A DNA stretch of 64,000 nt from Nitrospinota bacterium (GTDB taxonomy: Bacteria > Nitrospinota_A > UBA7883 > JACRGQ01): NCBI GenBank assembly GCA_029881495.1, contig JAOUMJ010000004.1:28476-92475 (forward strand). The letters are read 5' to 3'. Of this stretch, positions 58,196 to 64,000 are shown in pieces. The translations under genes were made by a program, and so were the position numbers. The notes below the pieces were generated by a model, which was not told where the DNA came from, did not search any database, and worked only from the letters and a program-made list of their open reading frames with translations. The first letter of the stretch is position 1; each line of letters opens with the position of its first letter.

Positions 58196-59200
58196 CTACC
58201 CGATTTTACTTTCTTTCTCTATTCCATGTCTAGGAACAATGCTTGATATCCTGATAGCCTTGTTCCCCCTTACAACACCCGGATATCCCCGGAATTTTTC
58301 TACTTCGCTCACATAGATGGGGAGTTCGTCGGTAATATCCCGTTCCAGCTGTATTATCGACCCCTCTTTGAGATTTATGAAGTCCCTTGTCGACATTGTT
58401 GCTTCTCCCAGTTCCACCTTGATATCTACCTCGGCCTGCGCGAGCCTGTCGCTGAGCCTTGTTACCCATGTAAGGTCGACTTCCAGCTGATCGCTCTGGA
58501 AACCTGCTTTGAGTTTTCCGATGATAGGTTCGATGGTCGAGTATGGAAGACATATCGTCAACGTACCGGCAAACTGATCCATCTCCACTTCGTAAAGGAC
58601 AACCACAACAACGTCCGTGGGGGGGACGATGGCGGCGAACTGCGGATTCACCTCCGAGCGTACAAACTGCATCTGGCATGGGTGAACGGGTTGCCATGCT
58701 TTCTGGGTGTCTCTCAGCATCATGAGAACGACCTTTTTTATTACTCTCTGCTCGATGGCGGTGAAGTCGCGCCCCTCTATCTTCATCTTCGCTTCTCCCG
58801 AGCCGCCGAAGAATGAATCTACAAGCGCGAACGCCATTTTCGATTCGACTACCAGAAGTGCGAATCCTCTGAGGGGATTTATTCGGAAGATGTGAAGGGA
58901 TGCCGGCACCGGCAGGGATTTTATGAATTCGCCGAATTTCACCGTATCGGTTGAGACCGCGCTTACGTCGAGAACTTTCCTGAGGGCCGCCGAGAGGGAG
59001 TTTCTGAAGATACGCGAGAATCTCTGGTTGATGATGTCGAGAGTCGGCATCCTTCCCCTGATGATCCTCTCCTGGCTGGTAAGGTCGTAGGGAACCACGC
59101 CCGAATCGTCGCCGAGGTCATCGGCTTCGGTCTCTATCTCTCCGTCGCTTACGCCTCGTAATAGGGCGTCAACTTCGTCCTGAGAAAGTACCTGACTCAT
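58196..59200 (-). CDS. fliM: flagellar motor switch protein FliM
   Basis: N-terminal LSQDEVDALL CheY-binding motif; 334 aa. Confidence 0.9.
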   Translation of the reverse strand: MSQVLSQDEVDALLRGVSDGEIETEADDLGDDSGVVPYDLTSQERIIRGRMPTLDIINQRFSRIFRNSLSAALRKVLDVSAVSTDTVKFGEFIKSLPVPASLHIFRINPLRGFALLVVESKMAFALVDSFFGGSGEAKMKIEGRDFTAIEQRVIKKVVLMMLRDTQKAWQPVHPCQMQFVRSEVNPQFAAIVPPTDVVVVVLYEVEMDQFAGTLTICLPYSTIEPIIGKLKAGFQSDQLEVDLTWVTRLSDRLAQAEVDIKVELGEATMSTRDFINLKEGSIIQLERDITDELPIYVSEVEKFRGYPGVVRGNKAIRISSIVPRHGIEKESKIG

Positions 59201-59263
59201 ATTTTTTTGGCTCCCAATTCCACTTCCAGCTTTACCGGGGTTATCTTACCCCCAAGTTTGAAG

Positions 59264-59794
59264 CTATTGAATAACAAATTCAACAAAATATACGTTTTTT
59301 ACGACTCCGGTTTTAATCCTTGAATTTATTCTTGTTAGAATCTGCTCTTTGAGCTTGAATTTCCCTTCCACGGTCAATATTTCATCGACTGTCTTGGAAG
59401 AGAGTACCGTTATTACCATATCTTTCACCTGAGGCATCCGGTTTGCCAACTCCTCGGCCACCTTCGGATTGTTAAGCTCAACCTGCATGGTTACCTTCAG
59501 GAAGCGCTTCCCCTCATCCCCTGAAAGGTTGACGATGAAAGGCTCGAAAGCGACCATCTCGCCTAGTTTAAGGGGGTCGTACTGCTCCTGGGCTTCGACC
59601 GCCTGCTTTGACTGGCCTCCGGCCCCTTCCTGCACAGCCGCGTCCTTTTTAATGAAGTTGGAATAGATCAGGAATCCGCCTACGCCGAGAAGTGTCAGAA
59701 GGAGAACGATTATGACAATAAGCAGTACCTTGCTTTTACCTTTAGCCGGTTTTTCTCCACCAGACTCTTCATCCATATCTTCTTCAATAGCCAT
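59264..59794 (-). CDS. fliL: flagellar basal body-associated protein FliL
   Basis: 176 aa; single N-terminal TM helix and periplasmic domain; between motB and fliM. Confidence 0.75.
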   Translation of the reverse strand: MAIEEDMDEESGGEKPAKGKSKVLLIVIIVLLLTLLGVGGFLIYSNFIKKDAAVQEGAGGQSKQAVEAQEQYDPLKLGEMVAFEPFIVNLSGDEGKRFLKVTMQVELNNPKVAEELANRMPQVKDMVITVLSSKTVDEILTVEGKFKLKEQILTRINSRIKTGVVKNVYFVEFVIQ

Positions 59795-59811
59795 CAGGCA
59801 ACCTCCTAAAC

Positions 59812-60621
59812 TTAAAAAGAATCCTTTTCGAATTGTTTTATCACAATTTCAACCCGTCTGTTGTATTTCCTGTATTTATCGCTAATGTTCTTAACGCGAG
59901 GCTTGTTTGAAGAGTAGCCCTTCGCCTCCATCCTCATAGTATCTATTAAGCCGGTCGACATAAAGTAGTTATATACGGAGAGGGCCCTGGCGGAGGAAAT
60001 TTCCCAGTTGGAAGGGAAATTTTTCCCCTTTGCCGGAATATCGTCCGTGTGTCCCTCAATACTTATGTTGTTTTTCGAGATGGAGAGAATGCCGGCGATC
60101 CTGTTTAGAATCGGTTCAAGCGATTTTTTTATTTCGACGCTCCCCTTGTCGAACATCGCGTCATCCGGGATCGATAGTGCCACATCTTCGCCTCGCTTGA
60201 TCACCTCGACGCCGCTCCGCTCTATAGTGATTAAAAGCGTCTGAGCCTCTTTTTCGAGAAGTTTGCGGGATTCGGCTATCTCCTGGTCGTAGGTGATCAC
60301 CTCTTTCAATTCGTCCCAGCCTAGTGAATCGGGCTTGAAGTTCGGGACGACATCCATAGCGGAGGAGCGGGAGCTTTGCGTAAGGTTCAGTGCGCCAGCC
60401 GCGCCGGAGAAAACATTAAACATCTCCTTTATCACCTTGTCGTCCATTGATGACATTGAAATGAGCAGAACGAAAAAGGTGATAAGAAGCTGAAGGAGAT
60501 CGGAGAAGGTGACCATCCACGCATCCTTGTCAGGTCCTGCTTCTTCTGTTTCTTCATCCTTTTTTCCGCTTTGCCAGTCGGTGATTTTGGAGTGTTCGGT
60601 TCCCTTTTCCTGTTCGCCCAT
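59812..60621 (-). CDS. motB: flagellar motor stator protein MotB
   Basis: TM helix with conserved Asp (WMVTFSDLLQLLITFF); C-terminal OmpA-like peptidoglycan-binding domain (SNWEISSARALSV, NRRVEIVI). Confidence 0.85.
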   Translation of the reverse strand: MGEQEKGTEHSKITDWQSGKKDEETEEAGPDKDAWMVTFSDLLQLLITFFVLLISMSSMDDKVIKEMFNVFSGAAGALNLTQSSRSSAMDVVPNFKPDSLGWDELKEVITYDQEIAESRKLLEKEAQTLLITIERSGVEVIKRGEDVALSIPDDAMFDKGSVEIKKSLEPILNRIAGILSISKNNISIEGHTDDIPAKGKNFPSNWEISSARALSVYNYFMSTGLIDTMRMEAKGYSSNKPRVKNISDKYRKYNRRVEIVIKQFEKDSF

Positions 60622-61331
60622 TATGTCAGCCTCTGTTTTTTAAGAACTATTTCGATCCTGTCCTTGAACTTTTCCCTTGTGGCGGTATTACCGCCGAAAA
60701 TGGGACGGCTGGAACCATATCCCGATACCGAGATCCTTCTCTCTTTTATTCTTTTGGTGCTTATAAGGAATTGTGCGGCGCTTCCCCCTCTGGCGATGGA
60801 GAGTATCTCCTCGTTTGGGAAATAGCCCCCCTTGTGCCCACCCTGCGACGCGTGCCCTATCAGGTTTATTTCACCGCTTATCGATACGAGTAGCGGGATT
60901 ATCCTGGTTATTATTTCCGTGGCCTTCGGCTTGAGCTCCGCCTTCCCTTTGTCAAACGCGAGGTCGCCGGAAAGGATAAGTACTACTCCGTCTTTCCCCA
61001 GATTCAGGATTACTTCATCTGCGATATCCTTTTCAAGGCTGAATTTTTCAAGTTTGCGAATGAATTCCATGATGTTGTATTCCCTTGATGATAACTCCGA
61101 CGAGGGGGGTACAGTGTTGCTCCCCTTGCTGGTTCCTGGTGAAAGTCCGCCGGGGAGGATACCTACCGTTCCGAGGAGGGAGCCGAGCGCCTTTCGCGTG
61201 CGGTTGTCGTCCTTTACCGCCAGTGAATTCAGAACGATGAAAAAAGCGAGCAGCACCATATTGAGCGTGGTGAAGAGAACGGTGGTTGAATCACCGCGTT
61301 GATTGAAGAAGGTATTGGAGAGAATTTTCAT
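60621..61331 (-). CDS. MotB-like OmpA-domain protein, second paralog (apparently lacking conserved Asp)
   Basis: TM helix TTVLFTTLNMVLLAFFIVL with no Asp at the expected position; C-terminal OmpA-like region (GYGSSRPI, RIEIVL). Overlaps motA and motB ends. Confidence 0.55.
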   Translation of the reverse strand: MKILSNTFFNQRGDSTTVLFTTLNMVLLAFFIVLNSLAVKDDNRTRKALGSLLGTVGILPGGLSPGTSKGSNTVPPSSELSSREYNIMEFIRKLEKFSLEKDIADEVILNLGKDGVVLILSGDLAFDKGKAELKPKATEIITRIIPLLVSISGEINLIGHASQGGHKGGYFPNEEILSIARGGSAAQFLISTKRIKERRISVSGYGSSRPIFGGNTATREKFKDRIEIVLKKQRLT

Positions 61332-62089
61332 TTAAAGGATGATTTCCTGAACTTCGGCATGAGGTAGCCGTGAAGTTTTTGCTCAAGTATGCGCGGGTTG
61401 TCCCCCGCGGCAATGGAGACGACACCCTCCAGGGAGAGTTCAAGTATGAGTATTTCGTCTGAACTTTTCTTTTTCAGTTTTCCAGCCATAGGAATAAAGA
61501 CAAGGTTGGCCAGAACCGCGCCGTAGAATGTCGTGATAAGAGCGATCGACATTGAAGGTCCGATTTTCGAAGGGTCGTCCATCTGCTGAAGCATAAGAAC
61601 CAGGCCGATCAGTGTGCCGATCATCCCGAAAGCGGGGGCGAAAGTACCGAAAGTCAGAATAATTTCATAACCGGATTTATGCCTCCCTTTCACGTTATCG
61701 ATCTCGTTTTCAAGGATGGCATTTATAACCTGCGGTTCCATGCCGTCTATGGCTAGCTGTATCCCTTTCTGAAGAAAAGGGTTTGCTATTCTGCCGGTTT
61801 CGTTTTGCAGTACCAGTATTCCGTCGCGCCTCGCTTTTTGTCCCAGTTCCACAAGCAGGGGAATAACTTTTTCGGGATTTTCAGTTGAGCCAAATATAGT
61901 CTTTTTAACCACCGCGATAGCAGTCAGAATATCCTTAAATGGATAATTAACCATTACCGCCGCGAAGGTTCCCCCCATAACGACAAGGACCGAAGGTATG
62001 CTGATAAAGAAGGGGAGATTTGCACCGCCTATCGCGGCTACAATCAGGCCTAGCCCCCCGACAATGCCGGCTATTGTTGCTATATCCAT
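61328..62089 (-). CDS. motA: flagellar motor stator protein MotA
   Basis: 253 aa, 4 TM; TolQ/ExbB/MotA-family C-terminal region (FGTFAPAFGMIGTLIGLV, ALITTFYGAVLANL). Confidence 0.88.
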   Translation of the reverse strand: MDIATIAGIVGGLGLIVAAIGGANLPFFISIPSVLVVMGGTFAAVMVNYPFKDILTAIAVVKKTIFGSTENPEKVIPLLVELGQKARRDGILVLQNETGRIANPFLQKGIQLAIDGMEPQVINAILENEIDNVKGRHKSGYEIILTFGTFAPAFGMIGTLIGLVLMLQQMDDPSKIGPSMSIALITTFYGAVLANLVFIPMAGKLKKKSSDEILILELSLEGVVSIAAGDNPRILEQKLHGYLMPKFRKSSFK

Positions 62090-62194
62090 GAAACCGCTTT
62101 TCTCCTCCTAAGCCAAATTAAGGTATACCTTCACGGAAATCTTATCGGAATTTTGTCTATTTAGCTGAATACTTATATTGCCCGTGCCGATTTG

Positions 62195-63532
62195 TCATAT
62201 CTGTTTTTCTGTTTCAACGCTTCCTTCACCATTGTAAACTTTTTTCTCGGTTTCTCCACACTCTTGGAGAGAGTATTTGAACAGGACGGGACCTACAAGG
62301 AGGTTAACGGCTACCGAAGCGATAATGATACTTGATACCGTATACCCGAAAGACGGGAAATTCGATTCAAGGATCATAACAAGTCCGAGCGTAACCCCTG
62401 CTTGCGGGACGAATCCGCTCCAGAGATGTTTTTTGACCAAAGGTTTCTCCTTCATCAGGGAGGCAACGCCTGTGGTTGTAGCCCAAATAAGCAGCATTCT
62501 TAAAACGACATAGAAAAGGGCGATTCCCCAAGTTGTTTGGAGCGCGTACAGGTCGATGGATGCCCCTGCCATTGCGAAAAAAACAACGAATACCGGCATT
62601 GAACCTTTTTCGAGGGAGAGTACGAACTCGTTTCCAGAAGCAAGGAGGCTCCGAAGCGCAAACCCTGCCGTCACGCAAAGCACAAGTTCATTCAGGCCGA
62701 GCATGGCGGATAACTCGCTACAGAGCACAGCAAGTCCGGAGATGAAGATGAAATTTTTGCTGGCGAATCCGCTGAAAAAAACGGCGACGATTCCGGCTAT
62801 TGCCCCGCCGAGGGCCGCGGACATAATGACCGTCTTGCCCGTTGCCAGAAATATGGACCATGCAGTAGTATCTGCGCCGGGCTCCGATTGGTAGAAGTGG
62901 AGCGTCATTGAGACAGTAAGGGCGAAAAGCATGATAACCAGCACGTCTTTTAGCACGGAAACCGACAGGACGGTTTGGGAAACCGTCCCTTTCGCCCCGG
63001 TTTCGTTGATTACCGCTATGGCCGCATCCGGCGAGTTTACCGTCGCGATGATTCCGATAAATATCGCGGCGAATAGCGCGTGTCGCGGATCAGCCAATCC
63101 TCCAAAGCCAGCCTTAAAGAAAACAAGGAACGAGGCGAATACCGTAAAAAAGACCGTGATAACAAAAATAGTGGTAAGCCCTGTGATCTTCATTATCCTG
63201 TTTTGGAGTTTGCCCCATTCGAGTTCAGCTCCAGCCGATAGCGCGATAAAGGAGAGGGCGAGGTGGTTGATGAACTGAAGCCTGTCGAGATCTTCAATAG
63301 AAAGGATTTTCATTCCCCATGGGCCGAACAGCATCCCTCCGATTATGTATCCGGTGATCATCGGAAGTTTCATTCTTCCCGACGCCTTTCCGATGAAGAG
63401 CGAGGCAAGAAGGAGGAATCCGAGCACAGCGGTTGTATACACAGGTTCATGCGCGGGGAGGGCGCCGGGGAGGGAGGGGAGTATGGACATTGTCACGAAA
63501 AGAACGGAGAGAATGAAAAGCCAGACGATCAT
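62195..63532 (-). CDS. cation:proton antiporter (CPA family) membrane protein
   Basis: ~445 aa, about 12 TM helices; ATG at 63532 overlaps upstream gene stop (ATGA). ORF track start is 63595. Confidence 0.7.
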   Translation of the reverse strand: MIVWLFILSVLFVTMSILPSLPGALPAHEPVYTTAVLGFLLLASLFIGKASGRMKLPMITGYIIGGMLFGPWGMKILSIEDLDRLQFINHLALSFIALSAGAELEWGKLQNRIMKITGLTTIFVITVFFTVFASFLVFFKAGFGGLADPRHALFAAIFIGIIATVNSPDAAIAVINETGAKGTVSQTVLSVSVLKDVLVIMLFALTVSMTLHFYQSEPGADTTAWSIFLATGKTVIMSAALGGAIAGIVAVFFSGFASKNFIFISGLAVLCSELSAMLGLNELVLCVTAGFALRSLLASGNEFVLSLEKGSMPVFVVFFAMAGASIDLYALQTTWGIALFYVVLRMLLIWATTTGVASLMKEKPLVKKHLWSGFVPQAGVTLGLVMILESNFPSFGYTVSSIIIASVAVNLLVGPVLFKYSLQECGETEKKVYNGEGSVETEKQI

Positions 63533-64000
63533 GATATCCCCCGAAAGACCTTTGTTATCAGGTAGGGTGCGATCATTTCGCTTACCATTACGCATATGAG
63601 TATTACTGAAAAGAGGATCTCGGAGTTGTTCCCGGGATAGGTTGTAAGGAAAGCGAAACCTATAGTCAGCGCCATGGCCCCCTGCGATGCGAGGGCGAAC
63701 CCGGCATTTGCGGGAAACGTCATGGAGCGATCGAGGCGTGGAGCCGCGTATGCCATGAACAGATACTTTCCGGCGAATCTGAAAACAATTATCAAGAAGG
63801 AAAGGAGGAGGCCGAATCCACCGGGATAGGAGAACATAATGCCTGCGATTATCAGCATGAGGATGTAAAGTGGTTTTTCGGCATTAATAATGACGGCGTG
63901 AAACTTGTCGTCCTTTGTAAGCATGTTGGCCAGATACATTCCGCATACAAGATTTATGAAAAGGGGTGATACCTGAAGTATCCCTCCAACGCCGCTGCTG
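63529..64000 (-). CDS. polytopic membrane protein, C-terminal part (start outside window); possible antiporter-associated subunit
   Basis: Hydrophobic helices; ORF track begins at an internal Met (63939) but the frame is probably open to the window edge. Confidence 0.4.
   Translation of the reverse strand, partial: SSGVGGILQVSPLFINLVCGMYLANMLTKDDKFHAVIINAEKPLYILMLIIAGIMFSYPGGFGLLLSFLIIVFRFAGKYLFMAYAAPRLDRSMTFPANAGFALASQGAMALTIGFAFLTTYPGNNSEILFSVILICVMVSEMIAPYLITKVFRGIS

Noticed and set aside
1-64000. Mobile elements, prophage, CRISPR arrays
   Set aside because: No transposase, integrase, phage structural genes, direct-repeat arrays or flanking inverted repeats were seen; the AT-rich islands are short intergenic regions rather than inserted elements.

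Overview
Chromosomal window from a flagellated diderm bacterium, densely packed with about 58 protein-coding genes on both strands; no rRNA, tRNA, CRISPR array or transposase/integrase was recognised by eye. Most of it is housekeeping: aroK-aroC-maf-coaE, smpB, a bioH-bioC-bioD/bioA-fusion biotin block, purF, pdxJ, pyrF, tatC, rpe, yebC-ruvC-ruvA, ruvB, mutL, glgA, rho, and a motA-motB-fliL-fliM-fliN motility block. Accessory or unusual content: (1) a membrane-anchored NB-ARC/STAND NTPase with C-terminal TPR; (2) a TetR-linked efflux locus with a TolC-like protein and an AcrB-like RND pump but no adaptor gene, followed by an MMPL-type exporter, a LolA-like periplasmic protein and an outer-membrane barrel; (3) a sigma-54 activator with an acidic low-complexity N-terminus preceded by a ~400 bp AT-rich island carrying a perfect palindrome; (4) a TonB-dependent receptor, YfiR-like DUF4154 protein and hybrid histidine kinase, followed by a 1489-aa multi-PAS hybrid kinase with an N-terminal CxxCH (c-type heme) motif; (5) two unlisted small genes, a 58-aa ribbon-helix-helix protein and a 30-aa poly-lysine micro-protein, with promoter, operator-like palindrome and a strong intrinsic terminator; (6) ruvC with no canonical start codon in frame; (7) tandem MotB paralogs, one apparently lacking the conserved Asp. 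All calls come from reading the translations and the DNA by eye; no database search was run, so family assignments are motif-based and coordinates of starts are best estimates.
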